This document shows, piece after piece, positions 13,271-37,131 of a stretch of DNA of 64,000 nucleotides. The stretch lies in NCBI RefSeq assembly GCF_009914755.1, contig NC_060948.1; one strand, given 5' to 3'. This DNA is from the human T2T-CHM13v2.0 reference genome, Homo sapiens. The translations under genes and the position numbers were made by a program. Below the pieces are notes generated by a model that was given only the letters and a program-made list of their open reading frames with translations, made no database searches and was not told the DNA's origin. Position 1 is the first letter of the stretch, and each line of letters opens with the position of its first letter.

Positions 13271-14345
13271 GCTTTGGACCTGTCCATGTGATTTCTGCAG
13301 TAATATGCACCGTTTTCTGAAATAAGGTTGCTGAAAGATACAAGCGTAAGTGGAGTTCTTTATTTTTGTGAACCTTTAGGAACAGAGAAGTAAAACTGAA
13401 ACATAGTTGTGATATGAATTTAAGTCTGCAGTTTCTCACAGAAGTACCAAAAGGATGAAAATAAATTTAAAAATACATGGCTTATCCAAAACATGACGTA
13501 GAATAATGAAAAATTTAAATTGACATAAAGACCAATTTAAAAGTTATAATTATTCCAGGTGAGAGAAAGTAGCACTAAAAATCCTATTTTCCCTGTTTAA
13601 ATACATAACTATTACTGTATCTTTAGGCTTAAAAAGTGTTAAGTCTAACTTAAGCAACAACTTGGCAATTTCTAACAATGAGTGCATCATCTTAGAATTT
13701 CTCCAAGAATCTTTTGGGAGAAATATAATCTAATCTTGCTCTATAAACAATTGAATTAATCAAGGAAATTATTATGACTGTAGTCTTGCAATTTCATTGT
13801 CCTTCTCTTTTCAGTTTTTACATATTCTCTTTAAAATTCAAAATCCCCTAGGGAAAATATGATAAATAACAATGACTGAAACAGTTGAAAAACAAAAACT
13901 GAACAGCGGACACATTTCAAGGTTTCCTTTATGAGAATGCTTCACTAACCATGTAATACACACATGATATAAATCACTGTGAGAAAAAAAAATTTGTATA
14001 GCTACTTGACAGTTTATACAGTAACAGCAAATATTCTCATTTGAACTTCAAAAGGGTTTTTAAACTTGTGTTTCATAAATGAGGAAAATGTGGTTTCTAT
14101 TTCCTGTATTTGCCTATTACAGCAGTTATCACACTTATTATTCCTCATTTATCTCTGTGCCTGTAACAACTGCACTCTCAGAAGGACCATGTTTTTCTGA
14201 GCTTCTTGCAGACTGCCAGGCTTACTGTGGCATTTAGAAACTATCTGCTGAATGTTTGTGATATCTTAATGCAAGTTAGATTCTAGGCCACTGATACTAA
14301 TTTTCTATTTAGTATTTGGGTTTGTAGAGCTATTTTTCCTTTTCA

Positions 14346-14775
14346 GTTTTTTTTCTTTTTTTTTTTTTTTATTATACTTTAAGTTCTAGGGTACATGTTC
14401 ACAACGTACAGGTTTGTTACATAGGGATACATGTGCCATGTTGGTTTGCTGCACACATCAACTTATCATTTACATTAGGCATTTCTCCTAATGCTATCCC
14501 TCCCCAGCCCCGCATCCCACCAACCACCCCATGTGTGGTGTTCCCCACCCTGTGTCCCTGTGTTCTTATTGTTCAACTCCTACTTATGAGTGAGAACATG
14601 CGGTGCTTGGTTTTCTGTCCTTGTGATAGTGTGCTTAGTATGATGGTTTTCAGCTTCATCCATGACCTTGCAACCACAAAGAGATACCATCTCATGTCAG
14701 TTAGAATGGCAATCATTAAAAAGTCAGAAAACAACAGATGTTGGAGAGGATGTGGAGAAATGGGAATGCTTTTAA
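14346..14775 (-). mobile_element. Truncated L1PA element with 5' inversion
   Basis: Poly-T then antisense L1 3' end (ttattatactttaagttctagggtacatg...cagcttcatccatg) to ~14665. It then switches to sense L1 ORF2-end sequence (agataccatctcatgtcagttagaatggcaatcattaaaaagtcag...ggagaggatgtggagaaa) to ~14775. Confidence 0.85.
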
Positions 14776-14814
14776 GGTTTTTTTTTTTTAAGTATACTAT
14801 AAGGATATACTTAT

Positions 14815-17100
14815 CTGGACGTGGAGTGGACAGTGAGTGGACAGTGCAGGTCATGGTCAGTGGGACCTCCAAAGGAGGCACCCCATTCAAATTGGAGGCT
14901 CTGCAGGAGAGGGCAGCCAGGGCGCAGAGTTCGAAGGCACTCTTGGGGGAGGAGAAGGTGCTGGTGGTGGACAACATCATGGCATGGTCCAGGTGGTGGT
15001 TGAGGAGAAGCCTGACATGGAGCCTGGTGGAGGACCAGCAGACAGCCTGGCCCTGGATCCAGCACACCCCAGCCAGCCACAGACTCGCTGGAGGCCCTTC
15101 ACTTGAAGCAGAGTTCCATGAATAACCAGTCCACATGGCCTGCCCACAGCTGAGATGTAAGCTTTGGCAGAGGTGCCTTCCCAGCCTGGATGGCACAGGG
15201 GCCATCAGCCAGGGCATCTCCAGCTTCTGGGCCAGAGGCACATCTTTGCAGCTGCCCATTCGGAATGACTGGCAGCAGGGGGTGGGCATCTGGCTTCTTG
15301 GGGTGGGGAGCAGGGGAGCCAAGCAAGGGGCACACGGGGACAACCAGGAGGCAGGGGATGGGGGATAGCGAAGGGAGCTGAGGCCAGGGTCCTGCAGATA
15401 GGAGGGCAGCTTGCTTGGGGGTGCCCTGAGAGCACATGGTAGGGACTGGGAGCCAAGCTCAGCACTCACAAGGGAGAATAGGAGCCCCATGGACCCTTCA
15501 CTCACAGCAGAAACTTGAAGGGCATGTTTCCATGAGAAAGTCCTTGGAGGAAGGGGAGTCTGCAAGCCCATGCCAGCCATAGAAACCACCCTGGCTGCCC
15601 ATGTCTGTGGCCAGCAGCCTTACCCCAGAAACACAAGGTGCTTAAGACTTGGGTTCACGGTGCACTGGGCTGCTGTCCTCTGCAAGGCAGGCACAAACTC
15701 CCCAGATACGCTTTCTTCCTTCTGCCTGTACTGCACCCAAAGAGCTGAGCATATACAACCTCCGTTGCACAAACACCTCCATTACACACATGGAAGCCCC
15801 ATGGGGAGCAACAGGCACAGCCCTGCAGTCCCCTCTATCCACAGCAGCTCCCTCAAGTGAACACGCCCACCCCTCAGGAAGACCAGGAGAAGAGGGGACT
15901 GCACACCTGGACACCCTCAGCAGAGCCAGTCCAGCATCCAGCACACAATGACCATGTGCAGCTCAGCAACTCTGAAGATACAGCCGCCTCACACAACAGC
16001 ACCCCACACCCAATCCCCTGCCTACTTGTGCCGCCCGCTCCTTGTTGGCAGGAGCTTTCCGGGCCTCCCTCCACCCTCCCACAAGACCACCACAACCACT
16101 ACCATGCCCCCAACACTGGACAGAGACAGGACCACCAATGCAGGGTACCAGGTCAAAGGTTTTGGGATAGCCCTGCCAAACACTCTCCCAGCTCTTGCAA
16201 AGTTGTGGGGTGTTTCCTGGCATGCCCACCCAATCATCTGGAGGTTCCTTGACCAGAGGCAGATTGTGCAGCACACCTACATGTCGGCAGAGTTCAGAAA
16301 CCATGAGGAAGTCCTGCTAAGTAAGCTACAGGATGGATTTGAAGCTCAGCCTGAGGAGCCGGGGTCTGCGGGACGGGTCCAGGGTCTTGCTCAGGTTGAG
16401 GTCCTCCTGGGGCACAGGGGTTCTGAGTGGTAGAGCTGGGAAGGGGCAACACATGCTGCACCCCAGTCAGCAGGCCCTCAGCCCAGATAGATGAAATGGA
16501 TCCTTTGAGTCTGTCCTCTTCTTCTTGGCATGGCAGGTGGAGGAACTCAGCCATCCCAGGTACCGGCAGCAGGATGAAGTGTTCCTTTTGTCACAACCTT
16601 TATTTCCACAATAAAGTGATCATTAAGGAATATCGTGTTCACATCCTTGGTAAGGAGTGCCTCCTGGTGTGGTAGAGGGTGGAGTGTGGGACGCTAGGCC
16701 TGGCATGAGCCTTTTTGACTCTTGTTCCAGGATGCAGGGCCACTGGCTCTAGTGTAGTCCAGTGGTTCTAGAGTCATCAGAAGAAGCCCCACCTTCAGTA
16801 AGGACACAGCCTACCTGAGCTTCCTCAGCTAGTTGGCTGACTGTGACCACTCAGGGTCAGCCAGGACTGCTGAGGCAGGGGCCGCTGTGGGGCGTCATGG
16901 GAAAGGACCTTGCTGGTCTTTCCTTGGCATCTTGGGAACTGGCTTTGAACTATGACCTGACCTTTCACAGACCACTTTCCCCACTCCTCCAGATCATCAG
17001 TCAGGGCTTCCGTCTCAATCCCCTGCAGCACTACCTAAGGATTAGGTCCTCAGAGAGGGAACAGAGAGGAGGCCAGGTAAGCAGCCCACAGCTGGGGGCT
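14815..17100 (+). pseudogene. Intron-containing TSPY-family pseudogene, 5'-truncated (older, diverged copy)
   Basis: Exon remnants align to TSPY1 by eye. Exon 1 has FKLEALQERAARAQSSKALLGEEKVLVVDNIMA and GAISQGISSFWAR; exon 2 from ~16263 IVQHTYMSAEFRNHEEVLL; exon 3 16537-16649 includes HNLYFHNKVIIKEYRVHIL; exon 4 16731-16874 has stops and a GC donor; exon 5 16993-17076 IISQGFRLNPLQHYLRIR. Multiple frameshifts and stops. Confidence 0.85.
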
Positions 17101-19631
17101 CAAAGGCCTGTGGGTCCTGCAGCTGTGACACACATGGAGAACTCAAGGCTCAGGGAGGAGCCTGCAGTGAGAAATCCCAGGCCATCCCTGGACTGGGGCA
17201 GAAAGGCCCATCAGGGAACTGTAACACTCATATTTCAGAATTGGGGAACCTGAAGTGCCTGAGGCAGAAGTGGCAAAGGTCAATGGGTGAGAAGCAAGGC
17301 TCAAGGGATAGCTGTCTCATCATCCTTCTCTGGCTCCCTTCTATGCCTTGAGGCCTGCTACTACCTGGGGCTCAGTTTGGGCTCAACTAGAGTGCACGCA
17401 GGGCGTGCCTAGGTCTACGTACTTCTAGAATGGCTATCCCAGCCCTGTCACGTTTTGTTTCAATGACCCCAGGCTCCCCTGACATGCTTTATCCCCTCTG
17501 CCATCCTCATTCATGCTTCCCCGGCTCTCAAGACATTTCCTATGACATTAAAAAATAGACATAAAGTTTTTTAAATGCCTTAATAATATAGATGCAGATA
17601 AAAGATTTCATTATAAAAAGTGCTTTTCCTCTTTACTTGTATCAAAGTCTTTTTCATGATGGGGAAAAGAATGCAACATACTTTGGTAAGTTAAAAAAGT
17701 ATAAAAGTAAAAATAAATCCTACTGCAGATGATCAATTAAATGGCAGGGGATCTTCTGTGTGTGTCCAGGGAGGGTACGTGGCTGAGCAGTAAGCCTCAC
17801 CTGAGTATTGGTGTAGACACCCAGTTTCCCTCGTACCAGTGTGGGTATGGGCACATTCCAGTTTGCGTGTCCAGCCTGTGTGTCTAAGCTGATGCACGCA
17901 TGTGCACACGTGTGCCTGTGTACCTTTGTGTACCTTGGTTTTGGGAGGGCCGACACTCCTGCCCACAGGTGTGCCTCAAACTCAGCTCTTAAGCTGGCAA
18001 GCAGGGTGCCGCTGGGTTTGGCAATCCAACTTCAGGACCCGTGAAGTCTGCATGCTAGGGAGAAGCAAAGAGTCCTCATGGTTCTCACAAATGGCAGAGG
18101 GAGGAGGAAAAGGGTGGCTGGCACAAGCTACCTAGAGGAGATGTCATAAACCTGAAATGACACCCAGAGGGATATAAAACCTAGTAGCTGCCTGTGTTTA
18201 CCTGTGTGTTCGGCTGGGGCATTCAGGTAAGAATCAGTGAAACCTGCAGGGCTTTGGGATTCGCTATTCGGGAATCCCTGTGCACCAGAGTCTCCGGCCC
18301 ATGAGAGAGGACAGCATGTGGGTCCGGCAGGGCCTGAGTCTCCAGGGAGGGTGGCATTCTCCCTAAGAGGGCATGGGTCAGTAGGTGGAAGAGAAACCTG
18401 GGCTGTGGGTTCAGGTAGATGGGACACTTGCCACTTAGCCAGGTGGGAGCTCAGGAGAGGGCCAGGAGAGCCTAACTGGCCGGTGACACCCCGTCCCAGT
18501 GCTGGGTGTGCGCACACGAGCTTTGCCCCATGCACCCTCTCCAGGATGCCTCACCTGGGCAGACAGGAAGCAAGGCACACAAGATCCTAAGCTTATGGTC
18601 ATGAGTGGACCCAGACTGGGGGGTCCCTAGGATCACTGTTCCCAGGAGAACCAGGCATGCAGGGTCTCTTCAGGACAGGGGTAAAATGCATAAGCCCAGC
18701 TCTCCACCCAGTGAGTGTCATGCCCTGATGATGTCAGCCATGGCAGATACAGGTCTTCCACCTAGATTGCAGATCCACAGGCTTACAACCTCCCCCTGGC
18801 CTTCTCTGGGACAGACCCCTGGACTCTGGAACAGCCAGTGCCCCAGGACTGTTCCTTCCCCGCCTCCAAGCTCGTGGGAGGCTCAGTGAGGACTCTCCTC
18901 CTAGTACATGGCCACCCACAGGCACTGTCAACAACCCAGGGCCCTTCTACATTCCGGGGTCCTGCCACCTTACCCAGCAGTGGGATAATGGGAAGGCAAA
19001 GAGCGGGAACAGACAGAGCGGGGGCCACAAGCCTCACCCTCCCACATGACAAGGGAATGAGGGGATCCTTCTCAGCGCAGGCAGCTGCTTTCAGAACATA
19101 CCTGGAGGCACAGCACCAGCTGAGGGATTCACTCTGCCACAGCTGGGCATGGGGGATTTCAACATGTGCCAGGGACCTTGATCCTGGTTGCTGTACCAGG
19201 TGTATCTCTCTTCCAGATCACAATATGCTCACACCCTCCTTAACCTGAATGGACTCCTTGTCCTCACCACATGGTGTTAGCGGGAACTGCTACTCCTGGT
19301 GCCCCAGCTGCAGTTTCAAGGTGAAGAGATAGAGCAGCACACCCCTGAGTCCTTGTCCTCTTATCCAAGTAATATCCATAGAAATAGTAAAATAGTGGCA
19401 TATTAGACCTATTGACATTTTTAAGGCTGATCTCTTTATAAGCATTTCATCCATATATTTATGACTTTATCTCATGTATTTTATTTATAACTCTCATTTC
19501 AAAATCAATTTTTGCTCAAGTTATTTCAACATATAGCCAAATGTTCAGAGCTATGATACATAGGTTTCAAGTTTAAAAGTCTGTATCTGCTATTATTTTG
19601 GGAAAAACCCATCGAGCACTTGTAAAAATAA

Positions 19632-20170
19632 GGAATTATTAGGCATGACCACTGTAGTGGTCTAAAACACACTTTGAAATTCTTCTCACACCCATTTGAA
19701 AATATTCCTGATGGGACTGAACACAGTACTTGCTTGTAATGAATAGAAAACAGTGCAAGCATTTTCTGGATACTGGACCACCTCTGGCCTAGTTTAGAAA
19801 AGGTGACACAGCTCTGCCTAACTCTCCTGCTCTCATCCCCCTTAGGAGCCCCCGACCAGTACATCACGAAGTCTAACACCCTGATGACACTATGCAGAAG
19901 GGACATCCAATGGAGAGACTCAAAGAAATAGAAAAAGATGTCTGAGGATCTCAGCAGTCCAGCCCCTGCTATTTGAGTCACGCTAGCCATGGCACCAGGG
20001 AGATGAGAAGACACCCGCCAAAGTCCCCAACCTTGGCCATCACTAGATTGCGTCCTCCTGAGTGCCCCAGAACCACAATCATTTGGCTGAGAGACTGCGG
20101 GGGATTGCAGAGACTGACAGTTAGTAAATTATAATTATTGTTTAAGCCACTAAGCTTTAGATAATTCTGA
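19632..20170 (+). mobile_element. MaLR (MLT1-type) LTR
   Basis: Starts TGTAGTGG and ends near ttgtttaagccactaagctttag, a typical MLT1 3' motif. A paralogous copy lies at ~43215-43740. Confidence 0.55.
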
Positions 20171-20669
20171 AAAGCACTTTAGACTCCTAGAAAAACTGAG
20201 TTGTCTACTGACTTAATTGCAGAGAGCTGTAAAGGCCAACATCATGAATGCTAATACCCTGGAAAAGTCAAATCATCGAGACTCTTCTAAACACAACAGA
20301 TCTTTAATGCCCCTTCGCTATGGCTGGAGAATAATCTAACATGTATCTGATAGAGTTGTTTGAAAGCCTCTGTTCACATCTCTCAGCCTGGTATGGGTCA
20401 ACTCTGGTCTGCTTTAATTCTAGGCAACTGCAGCAGTTCACCTTCCATTTTAGGTCGTGGCCTACACTGATTTTTTGATCACTGACCGTGTCTTTGTCTG
20501 TGTGTGTATGTTTTGTGTGTTATCATATTTTATCTGAGGAGGCTAAATAATAGTACTATAGTTTTGTAAACAGAAAACATTCCAGGAAGTCAGTATTGCT
20601 TATAAACTGAGCTTTAAAATAGATATGAAATTAGACATGGCAAGATGCCATGTCTACTATCATACCAAA

Positions 20670-20850
20670 GCTAGCCAAGCTTGGTGGCCCATGGATATTA
20701 TCCCAGCTACTTGGAAGGCTGATGCAGGAGAATCCATTGAATCCTGGTGATGGAGTTTGCAGTAAAGTGAGATCACACCACTGTGCTCCAGCCTGGGCAG
20801 CACAGCGAGACTCTGTCTCAGAAATAAAAAGAGAATAAAATAATAAAATA
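20670..20850 (+). mobile_element. Alu right monomer
   Basis: tcccagctacttggaaggctgatgcaggagaatc...ccagcctgggc...gagactctgtctca plus A-rich tail. Confidence 0.85.
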
Positions 20851-20883
20851 GGAGAGATTACTGAAGAGACAAATGCATAAAAC

Positions 20884-21014
20884 TGGGTGGGCATTGTGGC
20901 TCACGCCTGGATCCCAGCATTCTCAGAGGATGAGGTGAGTGGATCACTAGAGGACAAGAGTTCAAGACCAGCCCGAGCAAATATTGTGAAACCTGGTCTC
21001 TACTGAAAATAGAA

Positions 21015-21059
<45 letters not shown>

Positions 21060-21215
21060 GGATTGGTGTCATATGACTGCAGTTGCAGTTGCTTAGGAGA
21101 GTGTGACTGGACAATTGCTTGAACCCGTGATAAGGAGGGAGCAGTGAGCTGAGATCACGCCACTGCACTCCAGCCTAGGTGACAGGGCAGGATTCTTTCT
21201 TAAAAAAAAAAAAAA
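20884..21215 (+). mobile_element. Alu with a (CA)n expansion in its central linker (21017-21055)
   Basis: ctgggtgggcattgtggctcacgcctg...gagttcaagaccagcc...(CA)n...gagctgagatcacgccactgcactccagcct plus poly-A. Confidence 0.85.
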
Positions 21216-21589
21216 TCAGTGAGAGAAAAAGATACAGAGACAAAAAGAAAGAAAGACAGGAAGGAAGAAAGGAAGGGAGGGAAGGAGGAAGGGAATGAAA
21301 ATTTGTACCTAACAGTTGTAGATACTTTTGGCATACATGTGATATTTTGATACAAGTAATGTGAACTGGTAAGCGAGGGATCAAAGAGGGGATGGGGGTG
21401 GGTTAAATTATACTTGCTTAGAAGGAATAATATCTAGTGTTCAGTGGCACAGGATGACTACACTTAATAATGATTTATTGTACATCTCAAAATAATTAAT
21501 AGAGCGAAGGTGGAATGTCGCTGATACCAAGAAAAGATACGCCAGACTCAGTGAGGTGGAATGTCGCTCATAATGAGAAAAGATATGCC

Positions 21590-21895
21590 AGACTCAGTGG
21601 CTCACGGCTATAATCACAACACTTTGGGAAGCCAGGGAAGGAGGATTATTTCGGTCTGGGAGTTTGAGACCAGCCTGAACAATATATCCAAAGCATTGTC
21701 CCTACCACACACACACAAACACAAAAGCTGGGCACGGTGGTTGGTGTGTGTCTGTAATTCCAGCTACTTGGGAGGCTGAAATGGAAGGCTTGCACATTTC
21801 AAGCCCGTGTTCAAGGCTGCAGTGAGCTATGATGGTGCCACTGCAGTCTAGGCTGGACAACAGTGTGAGACCTTGTCTCTAAAAAAGAAAAAAGA
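21590..21895 (+). mobile_element. AluJ-like element
   Basis: cagtggctcacggctataatcacaacactttgggaagcc...ttcaaggctgcagtgagctatgatggtgccactgca plus tail. Confidence 0.85.
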
Positions 21896-21964
21896 ATCGG
21901 TAAGTGCTTGAACTGAAGGATACCCTATTTATTATGTATATATTTGTTGATTGATATAATTATT

Positions 21965-22250
21965 TTTGTGTTGGAGTCGCACTCTGTCACCCAGGCTAGA
22001 GTGCATGGTGCAATATCGGCTCACCGCAGCATCAGGCTCCCAGGTTCAAACCACTGTCCTGCCTGAGCCTCCCAATTAACTGCAACGTACTACAGGCAGG
22101 CACCACCATGCCCGGCTAATTTTTGTATTTTTGGTAGAGATGGGGTTTCATGGTGTTGGCCAGCCTGGTCTTCAACTCCTGTCCTAAAGTGCTCTGCAAG
22201 CCTCGGCCTCCCCAAGTGTTAGAATTAGAGACCTGAGCCATCACACATGG
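21965..22250 (-). mobile_element. Alu (antisense)
   Basis: ggagtcgcactctgtcacccaggctagagtgca...ctaatttttgtatttttggtagagatggggtttca. Confidence 0.85.
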
Positions 22251-22711
22251 ACAGTAAGATACACAAGACTCGGGAGATTTATCTTTTCACTTCATCCTCA
22301 CAATGCTACAGGTGAATGAAAACACTCCATAACATGAATAACTCACTTGAAAATCAAAGTTGGTAACTTCTCCCTTTAAAATTATTTGTACCCTTACCCT
22401 GTAAAAATTGATGATTCTGTCAAAATTTTTCAAGAAAATACTTCCTCCTTGCAGATTAGTCTGTCAATTGTAAGAATTATGGACTGCAAAACTTCTGGAA
22501 CTTGATGTATTTCATTTCTTTAGTTTGTATAATCAGGAAAATTAATTCATTTAGTTATTTCGGTCTAAATATTTGTATCATTCAGTGATGTCTTAAAACT
22601 TTAAGCAATCCCGTCGGAAACTTTATGCTGTTGTTTATGTTTTATACACTTCACTTTCCCCTAAGTATGAGGTTTAAAGCGTTTCCATTCATATTATCAA
22701 TTAAATACGAT

Positions 22712-22995
22712 AGGCTGACAGTGGTGGCACACGCCTATAATCTTAGCACTTCGGGAGTCTGAGGAGGGTGGATCAGGATTTTAAGAACAGCCTGGCAAAC
22801 AAGGTGAAACGCTGTCTGCACTAAAAATACAAAAATTGGCCCCGCTGTGCGGCACACATATCTAATACCAGTTACTCAGGATGCTGAGGCAGGAGAATAG
22901 CTTGGATCCAGAAGGCAGCGGTTGCCATAAGCCAAGACAGAGCCACTGCACCCCAGCTTCGGCGACAAAGCTATACACTTCACCTCAAAAAAAAA
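22712..22995 (+). mobile_element. Alu
   Basis: ggtggcacacgcctataatcttagcacttcgggag...ctaaaaatacaaaaatt...gctgaggcaggagaat...ctcaaaaaaaaa. Confidence 0.85.
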
Positions 22996-23610
22996 CTGAT
23001 ACTATCCCAACCACTCTAGATTATTCCTATCTGTAAGAACATATTACTAAACCATTACTTACAACATCCACTGTCAAAATATTCAAGAAAAAATTAACGT
23101 GGGAACCTCACAAGACAAAACACTTACTTTCCACTATTTAAACTACGAACATTTAAATTCATTATGCTACGCACCTGAGAAACTTAGCTGGTTCACTTCT
23201 GATTTAGGTGAAAAAAAAAGTTTTCATTACCGTTATCCTCTTCAGTCACAGAATGCTTCACATAGAATGTTCCGGATGTCTTAAACTTTAGTATCAATAC
23301 ATCTAATGATTTCCTTTGACCTGTACTATTCCTCTAAAAAATAAACGTTTTATGGTGAGGCAGACAGTTTTGTAGTCTTTCTGAAGACTTCTCCAACATT
23401 TTAACCTTGTTAGTTTTTAAAGAGAAACAGCCTAATTACAAAACTTGAGCAGCTTGCAAGGGCGACATAACACATCCCTAATTTTGTACCTATGTTCAAA
23501 GAAACAAAGGAAAATGTACAACAGACTACACAATTTACTCTCCTATTGAATTTGCTTTAAGCATGCGCGGCTAACCAATAACACCAGGCATCTTGCAGTA
23601 CATGTCAAAT

Positions 23611-23616
23611 TTTATT
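23611..23616 (-). terminator. Probable polyadenylation signal (AATAAA) of RBMY1 copy 1
   Basis: TTTATT on the plus strand, ~255 nt downstream of the stop codon. The cleavage site is not verified. Confidence 0.6.
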
Positions 23617-23870
23617 GTGAAAATTTTAAGGTAGATATTACATCTAAACACTTTTCAAATAGCATCAACAAGTATGAAATTACTTTGAAAACAATTCCTT
23701 TTCCTTTGAATACCTCAAAAAATTCATGGAGGAAGTTAGTATCTACCTCTCTCCACAAAACCAACATGTTTCTTTCAGTAATATGCAGGTAACAATGCAG
23801 AAATAACATTTCAATTTTTGATTTGCAAACAAGGATTGGTATGCAATAACTATTATTTTCAATGCTTGCT

Positions 23871-36049
<12,179 letters not shown>

Positions 36050-36384
36050 TTATCTATATTTAGATATAAATAAGCTAAAAAGATAAAATTTTATTACATA
36101 CTGTGCTGAAAACCCAAGTAAAATTCCCTTCCTGAGGCTGACATCTTTTTAGTATTTCTTACTTTATATATGTAAAATTTGTAACACTCAGAGCAAAGGG
36201 GCACTAACTTCATGGACAAATGCTGCATTTTAGTATGTACCTGACAAAAATCTCATTTCTAAAAATTAGATAAGAAAAGCTATTGTAATTTTCCTCAGTT
36301 GCAATATGAAGAATGTCCCCATTTAAATAATTTTATTTGAAAAGAATCTATTTATGAGGTACAGTGTGATGTTTTGCATATTTT

Positions 36385-36655
36385 CTTTCTTGAGATGTCT
36401 GTCTCCTGTCGCCAAAGTGAACTGCTCACTGCAGGCTCTTCCACCCAGCCTCAACTGATCTTCCTACATCTCAGCTTCCCAAGTAGCTAGTACTACAGGC
36501 GCTTTCTACCACAGCTGGGCAATTTTTTGTATTTTTAAAAATAGACAAGGGTTTCCCCATAGTGCCCAAGCTAGTCTCCAAATCTTCGGCTCAAGTGTTC
36601 TGCCGGCTTGGGACTACCAAAGTGATGGGATTTCAAGGGTGACTCACCACACTCA
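36385..36655 (-). mobile_element. Old Alu (antisense)
   Basis: ctcagcttcccaagtagctagtactacaggc...gggtttccccatagtgcccaagctagtctc...ccaaagtgatgggatt. Confidence 0.75.
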
Positions 36656-36761
36656 GCATGATATTTGGATAAGAGATTAAATCAAGCTACTTAAAATGTT
36701 CTAGGAGGAGAATATTTTAAATATTTTACCATCTTTTAGTGATTTGAAATATACAATAGGT

Positions 36762-37131
36762 CAAAGATCCCCAAACCCTAGCCTTCAACCCGTACCTATC
36801 TGTGGCCTGAATGTGATGCCGGAGGATGACCTGCAATACCTGTCTGTGGAGAATGTAACGCCTGAGGATGACCTGAGGTGGTACAGTTTTATCCGGAAAC
36901 CATCCTCCCTACTCCCTCGCTGGCCCTCCCTGTCCCCGTGACAGCCTCACTGCCCCACCTGGCCTCTGTCACATTGCTCCTACCGGAAGACCCGCCCCAC
37001 CACGTGCCCCTCGGAGACCTGCCGCCAGCCCCCACTCCCAAACCTGTCCACCTCGCCGCCTTCTTCCCCTGCGCAACCTTTCTCTGAGGAAAAACTGACT
37101 TCCACTAAACCAGTCCCTGATGCGAAAATAG
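36762..37131 (+). mobile_element. MER1-like (hAT-Charlie) DNA transposon relic with a C-rich internal expansion
   Basis: gagaatgtaacgcctgaggatgacctgaggtggtacagttttatccggaaaccatc and ggaaaaactgacttccactaaaccagtccctgatgcgaaaa resemble the MER1B consensus from memory. Confidence 0.6.

Noticed and set aside
14433-15125. 230 aa ORF fusing L1 sequence to TSPY-like residues (possible chimeric gene)
   Set aside because: It starts in antisense L1 3' UTR, crosses a poly-T, and leaves the TSPY frame after DNIMA. No promoter or splice support is visible.
14573-15589. 338 aa minus-strand ORF, the longest in the window
   Set aside because: It runs antisense through GC-rich TSPY pseudogene exon/intron 1 and into an L1 fragment, with no coherent domain; a chance open frame.
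17830-19590. GC-richer unique block that might be a lncRNA (FAM197Y-like) or gene fragment
   Set aside because: No recognisable homology or consistent exon structure by eye; it needs a database search.
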